Source of the DNA: an uncultured Mycoplasmatota bacterium
GTDB taxonomy: Bacteria > Bacillota_I > Bacilli_A > RF39 > UBA660
Direction of reading: 5' to 3'
Length of the DNA: 46,976 nucleotides
NCBI GenBank assembly: GCA_946497925.1
Contig: CAMMMG010000004.1
Coordinates: forward strand, 1-46,976
Of the stretch, positions 39,418-46,976 are shown one piece after another (position 1 is the stretch's first letter; each line of letters begins with the position of its first letter). The notes under the pieces are model-generated. The model had not been told where the DNA came from and made no database searches. It saw only the letters and a list, made by a program, of their open reading frames with translations. The position numbers and the translations under genes are program-made.

Positions 39418-39506
39418 TATGTTAAATAGAAGAGATTAGTCTATTCTTTTTCTTTACATTTTTATAGATATTATGGTAATCTATAACTCGTGAAAAGAGG
39501 GATTAT

Positions 39507-39968
39507 ATGATTAAATTTTATTATGTTTCTATTACTGATAGAAATTTATATATAGATGATATTAATCTTTTAGAGTATCTTAAAAACTATTTTCCTAATA
39601 ATTATACATATTATAAAGATATGGTTAAGAAAAGTGATATAGTTAATTTTGATAAATATAAAGAATCTAGAATGTTTTTTAATAGAAAACTTGAAGAAGA
39701 AGGATTATCTCCTTATTTACTAATAAGAAAAAAAGAGGGAGAGCTTAGAGAAATAAATACTAATAGCCCTTTAGTTGGATCTAATATTAAGAAACCTAAA
39801 TTAAAAGAATTAACTAGAGAAGAGTTAGAGACTTTATATACGGATGATTATATAAAAAGAACTAATAAGTATATTTACTATTCATCAGCTTTAGACAATA
39901 ATCCTATATTTGATTTGGATTATGAAGAAGAAAAAGAAAAATTTAAAATCATAAAGAAAACAAACTAG
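39507..39968 (+). CDS. hypothetical protein
   Basis: GAGG RBS; 153-aa ORF; no motif recognised. Confidence 0.65.
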   Translation: MIKFYYVSITDRNLYIDDINLLEYLKNYFPNNYTYYKDMVKKSDIVNFDKYKESRMFFNRKLEEEGLSPYLLIRKKEGELREINTNSPLVGSNIKKPKLKELTREELETLYTDDYIKRTNKYIYYSSALDNNPIFDLDYEEEKEKFKIIKKTN

Positions 39969-40441
39969 TCTTGCTTACTTAGTTTGTTTTTAAATAAATT
40001 AAATATAGATCTTACTATTGGCCCTGCATAAAATAATTGAAAACACATAGCCATAGGAAAACTTAGGACCATAGATTGCAACCAACTAGATATAAATATA
40101 TCAAGACTAGGTTTATTTATAAGAATAGTGGCAATTAAACTCATAATAGGGCACATAAAAGTAACTATTATAATAGATATACCATAACTTATAATAATAT
40201 TAGGTGTTTTCTTAGGATTAAGTGCTTTAAAAGTTAATTTGTGAGCGATCTTGCCTATTAAGAAAAACTCTAAAATAATAGCGATAGGCCACATATATAT
40301 TAATTCATTAAAAGCTTCTAGAAATACAAAGTTATTTAATCCTCCAGTATGAATAGCAATATTATAACAAATCATAACATATACCATTAAAAAAGCCATT
40401 ATTAAAGTATAAATAAAGTCTTGAAACTTAGTTTCAGGCAT
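39965..40441 (-). CDS. DUF2798-family membrane protein
   Basis: MPETKFQ..I, MVYVMICYN, MCPIMS and FQLFYAGPIVR motifs; four TM helices; GGAGG RBS. Confidence 0.8.
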   Translation of the reverse strand: MPETKFQDFIYTLIMAFLMVYVMICYNIAIHTGGLNNFVFLEAFNELIYMWPIAIILEFFLIGKIAHKLTFKALNPKKTPNIIISYGISIIIVTFMCPIMSLIATILINKPSLDIFISSWLQSMVLSFPMAMCFQLFYAGPIVRSIFNLFKNKLSKQD

Positions 40442-40648
40442 ATACTTAACCTCCTTCCTTGCAATATAAAAACAGCACTGTTTATGTGTTGTTCGTTAGC
40501 ATCTTTTAGATGTTGCGTTTCCAATTTAACCATTAAACCTGTTTCCTTAAAGATTTTAGCATAATCTAAAAAAATATGTAAGAAAAAGTTTATTTTTGTA
40601 GTATTTTTTCTAAATTTATAGTATATTTTTATCAAGGGAGGAAGTATT

Positions 40649-41074
40649 ATGACACTTTTTTGGTTAGTTTTATTTGTAGTATTAGCATTGTTTGAACTTG
40701 TAACAGTAAACTTAGTATCTATTTGGTTTTCACTTGGAGCTTTAATTACAACTTTTGTATCTTTAGTAACTGATAACTTAATGATACATCTAGCAGTTTT
40801 TACTATCAGTTCTATTCTCTTATTACTTTTAACAAAACCTTTTGTTAAAAAGATGAAGAAAAGAGAAGAAGTGCCTACTAATTTAGATATGGTTGTAGGT
40901 AAGACTGGAGTTGTTACAGAAAAAATAGAAAAAGATGGAATAGGTGAAGTTAAAGTTCTAGGTAAGAAGTGGAGTGCATATAGTGATAAAGAAGTAGAAG
41001 AGAATTCTAAAGTAAAAGTATTATCTATTAATGGAGTAAAACTTAAAGTAGAAGAAATAAAGGAGAGTGATTAA
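40649..41074 (+). CDS. NfeD-family protein
   Basis: Three TM helices plus an OB-like VGKTGVV...GEVKV.GKKWSA; directly upstream of an SPFH gene. Confidence 0.9.
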   Translation: MTLFWLVLFVVLALFELVTVNLVSIWFSLGALITTFVSLVTDNLMIHLAVFTISSILLLLLTKPFVKKMKKREEVPTNLDMVVGKTGVVTEKIEKDGIGEVKVLGKKWSAYSDKEVEENSKVKVLSINGVKLKVEEIKESD

Positions 41075-41960
41075 TATGTTTTGGGTTATATTAATAGTAA
41101 TTATTGTTATTATAGTATTAGGAGTAAAAGTTATTCCTCAATCACAAGCGAAAGTAATAGAAAGATTAGGTTCTTATTATAAGACTCTTGGTACAGGACC
41201 TCATTATGTTGTACCATTTATTGATAGAGTAGCATCTACTGTATCTCTAAAAGAAATAGTTAAAGACTTTGCACCACAACCTGTTATTACTAAAGATAAT
41301 GTTACTATGCAAATAGATACAGTTGTTTATTTTCAAATAACTGATCCTAAGCTTTATACTTATGGAGTAGAAAATCCTATTAATGCAATTGAAAATTTAA
41401 CGGCAACTACACTTCGTAATATTATAGGTGAGTTAGAACTAGATCAAACCTTAACATCAAGAGATATCATTAATTCTAAAATGAGATCAATTCTAGATGA
41501 AGCGACTGATCCTTGGGGTATTAAAGTAAATAGAGTAGAAGTTAAAAACATCATACCACCTCGTGATATTCAAGATGCTATGGAAAAACAAATGCGTGCA
41601 GAACGTGAAAGACGTGAGAAGATATTACAAGCGGAAGGTGAGAAGAAAGCTGCTGTATTAATCGCTGAAGGAGAAAAAGAAAGTACAGTCTTAAGAGCAG
41701 AAGCAGCGAAAGAAGCAGCTATTAAGAAAGCAGAAGGTGAAGCAGAGGCAATTATTAAAATCAAAAATGCTGAAGCTGAAGGTATCAAACTATTAAAAGA
41801 AGCTAAAGCAGATGCTTCGGTCTTAAAACTTAAAAGTTATGATGCTATGGTTAAAGTTGCAAATGGACAGTCTACTAAGATAATAGTTCCTAGTGAGTTA
41901 CAGAATTTAGTAACAGCAGGAACAGTATTAAGTGAAACATTTAAAGAAGGAAAGAAATAA
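41067..41960 (+). CDS. SPFH/band 7 (stomatin/QmcA-like) protein
   Basis: VITKDNV, TTLRNIIG, DEATDPWG and AMEKQMRAERE motifs; the start may be ATG 41076. Confidence 0.95.
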   Translation: MINMFWVILIVIIVIIVLGVKVIPQSQAKVIERLGSYYKTLGTGPHYVVPFIDRVASTVSLKEIVKDFAPQPVITKDNVTMQIDTVVYFQITDPKLYTYGVENPINAIENLTATTLRNIIGELELDQTLTSRDIINSKMRSILDEATDPWGIKVNRVEVKNIIPPRDIQDAMEKQMRAERERREKILQAEGEKKAAVLIAEGEKESTVLRAEAAKEAAIKKAEGEAEAIIKIKNAEAEGIKLLKEAKADASVLKLKSYDAMVKVANGQSTKIIVPSELQNLVTAGTVLSETFKEGKK

Positions 41961-42113
41961 TTGAAATTTCTTTTTTTCTTTGATATAATATGCCTCTAGA
42001 GAAAAGATGTATTTATATGAATTCTCTAAATAATAGAAAAGTAATCAAAGAAAAAATAACTGTATAATTCTAATAAATCAAAAAAATTAAAGACAATTAG
42101 ATAGGAGATAAAC

Positions 42114-42884
42114 ATGATGTTTGGCAGTAAAAAAATAGAAAAATTATTAGATTATAGTGAAGACTATTTCATTAATAAACTTGGTATAAGTAAATGGGAA
42201 TATTTAAATCTTTATAGTGATTATCTTATAGAACGTAATGGTGAATATTACTTTAGCAAGAAAATAGATAATGAATTTTTATATAATGAAATAATTGGTA
42301 GATACTTATGTAGTAAAGTTAACCTTGATACTACAGATTTAATCGTTGAACATAAAGGAATATTTAAAAGTAAAATATTGACACCTAACTATCACGATAA
42401 AGATTATATAAATTTTAGACCAGAAGATAATTTTGAATATGGAATGAGAACTAGAGGTTTTGATGATAGTTATTTTGAATGTTTAGATGAAAGTTTACAA
42501 CAGGATTTATTCAAATTAATAGCAATCGATTTGATGATGGAACAGGTTGATAGATATGCTAGGAATATAGAAGTGTTTGCCTATGATGGCACCTTAAGAT
42601 TAGCACCTATTATAGATTTTGAACTTGCTTTTTATAATCAAAGAAGCTTTACTTACTTTAATCCTTATATTTTAATAAGAAAAAATGTAAGAACTTTAGA
42701 TTCATTTTATGATAAGTATCCAGAAGGCTATGATTATTTTGTTAAAATTTTTGAGACTGGTACTAATGAATTAATATATCATGTTAAGGATGAATATAAT
42801 CTGGAAACAAAGAGATTAGTTAAGAAGGATATAAGACGTACAGTGAGAAGAAATCAAAAGATACTTAAAGAACTAAAAGGTTAA
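42114..42884 (+). CDS. HipA/PI3K-like kinase-fold protein
   Basis: YFSK, NEIIG, DLMMEQVDRYARN (cf. DRHxxN) and LAPIIDFE (cf. LAPxYD/DFG). Confidence 0.6.
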   Translation: MMFGSKKIEKLLDYSEDYFINKLGISKWEYLNLYSDYLIERNGEYYFSKKIDNEFLYNEIIGRYLCSKVNLDTTDLIVEHKGIFKSKILTPNYHDKDYINFRPEDNFEYGMRTRGFDDSYFECLDESLQQDLFKLIAIDLMMEQVDRYARNIEVFAYDGTLRLAPIIDFELAFYNQRSFTYFNPYILIRKNVRTLDSFYDKYPEGYDYFVKIFETGTNELIYHVKDEYNLETKRLVKKDIRRTVRRNQKILKELKG

Positions 42885-42957
42885 ATAATAGTTCTTTTCT
42901 TTTGCAAAAAACTCTATATTTTTCTTCTTTCTAATAGTATAATGTAATCATAAGAGG

Positions 42958-43668
42958 GTGATACTTGTGTCTTATATTAGTGTTAAGAACTTAACTAAAA
43001 TTTATAAAATGGGTGAAGTTACTATTAAGGCTTTAGACAATGTTTCTTTTGATATTGATGAAGGAGAACTTACTGTTGTTTTAGGACCATCAGGAGCAGG
43101 GAAGACAACGATATTAAATATCTTAGGGGGAATGGATAAAGCTAGTAGTGGTAAAGTTATTATCGATAATAATGATATCGCTAAATACAGTAATAAAAAA
43201 TTAACTGATTATAGACGTTATGATATAGGTTTTGTCTTTCAATTCTATAACCTTGTAGGGAATTTAACTGCTATAGAAAATGTTTCTCTTGCTAGTCAAA
43301 TATGTAAAAAACCAATGGACTCTAGTGAAGCGTTAAAAAGAGTAGGTTTGTTAGATAGAAGAGATCACTTTCCTGCTCAACTTTCAGGAGGAGAACAACA
43401 ACGTGTTTCAATCGCGCGTGCTATTGCTAAAAATCCTAAACTATTACTTTGTGATGAACCAACTGGTGCACTTGATTCTAAAACTGGTAAAAAGATAATA
43501 GAACTATTACAAGATACTTGTCATAAGACTAAAACTACAACCATTATTATTACTCATAATGCTATTATCGCTGATATTGCTGATAAGGTTATTAAAGTAA
43601 AAAACGGTAAAATAGAAAGTATTACTGTTAATAAGAAACCTAAACTAGTTAAGGAGATTGATTGGTAA
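42958..43668 (+). CDS. ABC transporter ATP-binding protein (LolD/MacB-like)
   Basis: [23 protein letters not shown] and DEPTGALD motifs. Confidence 0.96.
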   Translation: MILVSYISVKNLTKIYKMGEVTIKALDNVSFDIDEGELTVVLGPSGAGKTTILNILGGMDKASSGKVIIDNNDIAKYSNKKLTDYRRYDIGFVFQFYNLVGNLTAIENVSLASQICKKPMDSSEALKRVGLLDRRDHFPAQLSGGEQQRVSIARAIAKNPKLLLCDEPTGALDSKTGKKIIELLQDTCHKTKTTTIIITHNAIIADIADKVIKVKNGKIESITVNKKPKLVKEIDW

Positions 43669-46600
43669 TGTTAATCTTTAAGAATAGTTTTAGGAAAATA
43701 TGGAAGTCTAAAGGAAGATTCTTATCTTTAATCCTTATTGTAATATTAGGTACTTCTTTCTTTGCAGGTGTTAGAGAAACTGCTAGTGATATGATTAAGA
43801 CTTTAGATAATTATTATGATGAGACTAATCTCTATGACTTTAAGATAGTTAGTACTATGGGGCTTACAGATGATGATATTAAATCATTAGAGGAGATAGA
43901 TGGTATAGAAAGAATAGAAGGAACATATTCCTTTGATACTTTAATAGATGGTAAAGCTGTTAAAGTAAGTGCTCTAACAGATATTAGTAAAGTAACATTA
44001 GTTGATGGTAGAATGCCTAAAAGTAATAATGAGTGCCTTGGTGAAGAAAATGAATTTAAAATAGGAGATACTATTACAATAGAAGATGATACATATCTTA
44101 ATAATAATACTTGTAAAGTAGTAGGAACTGTTAATAGTAGTAGTTATATTTATGAAAATAAAGGAATATCTACAGTAGGTGATGGTAAACTTGATAGTTT
44201 GTTATACGTTACTAAAGATAACTTTAAATTAGATTATTATACAGAGATTTATTTGTTAGCAGATGGTACTAAAGAAGAATTATCTTATAGTGATAGTTAT
44301 GATGATATTATAAGTAAAGTAAATAAAAAATTACAAAAGTTAAAGCCTTTAAGGGAAACAGCAAGGTATGAACAAATATTAAAAGAAGCGATGGATAAAG
44401 TTGCTGAAAGAGAGAATGAACTTAATAGAGTAAAGAGTGAAAATGAAATTAAGTTTAATGATGCTTTAACTGAGTTAAATTCTAATAAAATAAAACTTGA
44501 TGAAGGATTAGAAGAGTATAATAGTAATTTATATACTTTAAATAAGACTAAAGAATCTACTGAAACAGAACTTAATAATGGTTTTAGTGCTTTAGAAAAT
44601 GCTAAGACAGAGTTTAATAATGCTTTAAGTAGTGCTGGACTTACAGTTGATAGCTTGCAGCCTACATTAGATACAATAAATACTAATATTAAAGAGATAG
44701 AAAAACAGTTAGAAGGACTTGATCCTAGTGATAGTTTATATGAAACATTAAAAGCTAGACTTAATGAACTTAAAAATAATAGGACTAATATAGAAACATT
44801 AATTGGTACTAATAAAACTTTAACTGAACAAGAAAATACTTTAAATAGTTCTTTAAGTACTTGGAATAGAGAATATAGTAAAGCTTTAAAAGAATTAAAT
44901 AGTGCTAAAAGAGAAATAGATAATGGCTATATTGAATTAGAAAAAGGTTATGAAGAATATACTACTAACTATAATCTATATTTAGAAGAAGTTTCTAACT
45001 ATGAAAATAAGATAAATGATGCTAAAAATGAGATAAATAATATAGAGAAACCTGTTTGGTATTTATTAACTAGGGAAGACTTAACGGGATATACATCTTT
45101 TTATGAAAGTGCTACTAAAGTAGATTCTATCGCTACGGTCTTTCCAATATTTTTTATTCTAATAGCATTCCTTATGGCATTTAATACTATGAATAGAATG
45201 ATAGAAGAAGAACGAAGTGAGATAGGGGCCTTTATATCTTTAGGTATTAGAAAGTCAACTATTGCTTTTAGTTATCTATTATATGTTTTTATCGCTTGTG
45301 TTTTAGGTCTTGTTATAGGATTAAGTGTTGGTTATACTTTAATACCAAGAATACTTTATACAGTATATGCAGCATCCTTTACAATACCAGAACTATCTAC
45401 TTATGCTAATCCATATGCTTGTTTAATTATTGTCTTAACGACAATTATCTTAATGAGCTTAGTAGTATTTATTACTCTTGTTAAAGACTTTAAACTTGCT
45501 CCTGCTATTATTTTAAGACCAGAAGCTCCTAAGAATGGTAAAAAGATATTATTAGAGAGAATTAAACCATTCTGGAGACATTTATCATTTTCTTGGAAAA
45601 TAACCTTACGTAATTTATTTAGATACAAAAAGAGAATCTTTATGACAGTTTTAGGTATTGCAGGATGTACGGCACTACTTCTTACAGGTTTTGGTATAAA
45701 AGATAGTCTAAGTGATTTAATTGATATTCAGTATGGAGAAATAACTCATTATGATGCAACTTTAGTTTTAAATGATGATGTTAATAAAGATGATGTTATT
45801 AAATCTTTAAATGATAATAATATAACTAATTATATAAATACTAATATATCTAGTTTTACTTTTAAAGCGAATAATAAGAATTTAGACTTTACTTTAATCG
45901 CATTTATGGGCGATGAAAAAATTAAGGATTATGTCACTTTAAAATCTCCAGACGGAAGTGATTTAAATTTAAGTGATGATGGTGTTATTATTACAGAAAA
46001 GATGGCTGATTTATTAAATGCTAAAGTAGGCGAGAATATTAGTATTAGAAATAGTGATAACGAATTATTTATAGTTAAAGTTTCTGGAATATGTGAAAAC
46101 TATATAAGTAATTTTATGTATATGAATAGTACTTATTATGAAGAGATATTTAATGATGATAGTTACAATAGTTATCTTGTTAATCTAAAAGATTCTACTA
46201 ATAAAGAAAAACTATCTAATAATCTATTAGATACTGGATACTTTGGAGCGATACAGTATACTGATGATAATATGGAAATGTTTAATGATATTATCGCTGG
46301 TATGAATAATATAGTCTATCTAATAATAACATTTTCTAGTTTTCTTGCTATAACAGTTTTATATAATCTTACAATTATTAATATTAACGAAAGAAAAAGA
46401 GAGATAGCGACTCTAAAGGTCTTAGGTTTTAGAGATAAAGAAGTATCTAGTTATGTATATAGAGAAACTATTATTTTAACTATAGTAGGAATAATAGTAG
46501 GTATATTCTTAGGCTTTTCTTTAAATACCTTTATCTTAATGATAGCAGAGACTGATGAGATATTATTTATTAAGACAATTAAACCATTAAGTTATGTTCT

Positions 46601-46703
46601 ATCATTTATAATTATTATAGTATTTAGTGTTATAGTTCAAGTAATAACATATTTTATCTTAAGAAGAATAGATATGATAGATTCATTAAAATCAGTAGAG
46701 TAA
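43662..46703 (+). CDS. FtsX-like ABC permease with a coiled-coil extracellular domain
   Basis: Two FtsX domains (EERSEIG..SLG; ERKREIATLKVLG) and a long coiled coil. Confidence 0.93.
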   Translation: MVMLIFKNSFRKIWKSKGRFLSLILIVILGTSFFAGVRETASDMIKTLDNYYDETNLYDFKIVSTMGLTDDDIKSLEEIDGIERIEGTYSFDTLIDGKAVKVSALTDISKVTLVDGRMPKSNNECLGEENEFKIGDTITIEDDTYLNNNTCKVVGTVNSSSYIYENKGISTVGDGKLDSLLYVTKDNFKLDYYTEIYLLADGTKEELSYSDSYDDIISKVNKKLQKLKPLRETARYEQILKEAMDKVAERENELNRVKSENEIKFNDALTELNSNKIKLDEGLEEYNSNLYTLNKTKESTETELNNGFSALENAKTEFNNALSSAGLTVDSLQPTLDTINTNIKEIEKQLEGLDPSDSLYETLKARLNELKNNRTNIETLIGTNKTLTEQENTLNSSLSTWNREYSKALKELNSAKREIDNGYIELEKGYEEYTTNYNLYLEEVSNYENKINDAKNEINNIEKPVWYLLTREDLTGYTSFYESATKVDSIATVFPIFFILIAFLMAFNTMNRMIEEERSEIGAFISLGIRKSTIAFSYLLYVFIACVLGLVIGLSVGYTLIPRILYTVYAASFTIPELSTYANPYACLIIVLTTIILMSLVVFITLVKDFKLAPAIILRPEAPKNGKKILLERIKPFWRHLSFSWKITLRNLFRYKKRIFMTVLGIAGCTALLLTGFGIKDSLSDLIDIQYGEITHYDATLVLNDDVNKDDVIKSLNDNNITNYINTNISSFTFKANNKNLDFTLIAFMGDEKIKDYVTLKSPDGSDLNLSDDGVIITEKMADLLNAKVGENISIRNSDNELFIVKVSGICENYISNFMYMNSTYYEEIFNDDSYNSYLVNLKDSTNKEKLSNNLLDTGYFGAIQYTDDNMEMFNDIIAGMNNIVYLIITFSSFLAITVLYNLTIININERKREIATLKVLGFRDKEVSSYVYRETIILTIVGIIVGIFLGFSLNTFILMIAETDEILFIKTIKPLSYVLSFIIIIVFSVIVQVITYFILRRIDMIDSLKSVE

Positions 46704-46734
46704 ATAGTTAAATTAACTTAATTAGTTATAATAA

Positions 46735-46767
46735 TCTTCGGTATCCCGTGTGGACCGAAGACTTTTT
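46735..46767 (+). terminator. intrinsic terminator after the ABC operon
   Basis: TCTTCGGT-N11-ACCGAAGA followed by CTTTTT. Confidence 0.7.
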
Positions 46768-46771
46768 GTTG

Positions 46772-46866
46772 AAAAAGAAAAAAGGACTTGATACTCCTTT
46801 CAACCTAACTGAAGTGATTTAATATCATCATCAGTTATAGACCTAACAAAGTTTTTAACTTTCGGT
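46772..46866 (-). ncRNA. candidate ~95-nt small RNA
   Basis: Minus-strand extended -10 TGtTATACT (46873-46881), two hairpins and an AAAGGA/TCCTTT terminator with a U-tract; no convincing ORF. Confidence 0.4.
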
Positions 46867-46976
46867 ATAAATAGTATAACATATATTTTTACTATTTTTG
46901 TGTAATTATATTTTAAGTTGTTAGGTTAAAGCCCTTTCCTGGGTTTCTATCTAGAATAGAATAAAGGGAAGGGAGA

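Noticed and set aside
1717-45628. Short antisense or overlapping ORFs in the track (e.g. 1717-1977, 6781-7065, 8626-8832, 12679-12948, 13034-13318, 26056-26280, 33490-33738, 40402-40635, 41570-41788, 45401-45628)
   Set aside because: They are shadows of well-supported genes or regulatory DNA, with no RBS or recognisable motifs.
43869-46832. 18-nt inverted match between the permease CDS (43869-43886) and 46815-46832
   Set aside because: It is an AT-rich word, and about one such match is plausible by chance in a window of this size and composition.

Overview
A very AT-rich chromosomal window from a low-GC, probably spore-forming Bacilli genome. The gene style resembles uncultured gut Bacilli such as RF39, which is an inference. 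The core genes are trpS, nfo, a class B PBP, spoIIGA-sigE, an [FeFe]-hydrogenase with rubrerythrin behind a broken Fur-family gene, rnhB, topA, a class B sortase with an adjacent NPxT substrate, a P-type ATPase, spoVD-mraY-spoVE, nfeD-SPFH and an ABC exporter. The accessory content is two large prepilin-like adhesins, a two-domain surface protein, and a palindrome-rich defence-like island in which an AAA+/DUF4143 ATPase and AbiEi/AbiEii each follow a duplicated MFS 3' segment. Three signals stand out. (1) An ORF6N/PLD-like gene has a perfect 13-bp palindrome encoding part of its DNA-binding domain, and two co-varying variants of that palindrome lie just upstream and downstream of the gene. (2) Two otherwise intact genes carry a single in-frame TGA, one at a conserved Trp position, and an ATAA gene overlap occurs where ATGA is usual; together these suggest UGA read-through or recoding. 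(3) A ~1-kb direct repeat at 4103-bp spacing brackets a cargo cassette, and one copy carries a 69-bp palindromic insertion. No rRNA, tRNA, CRISPR array, integrase, transposase or reverse transcriptase was recognised.
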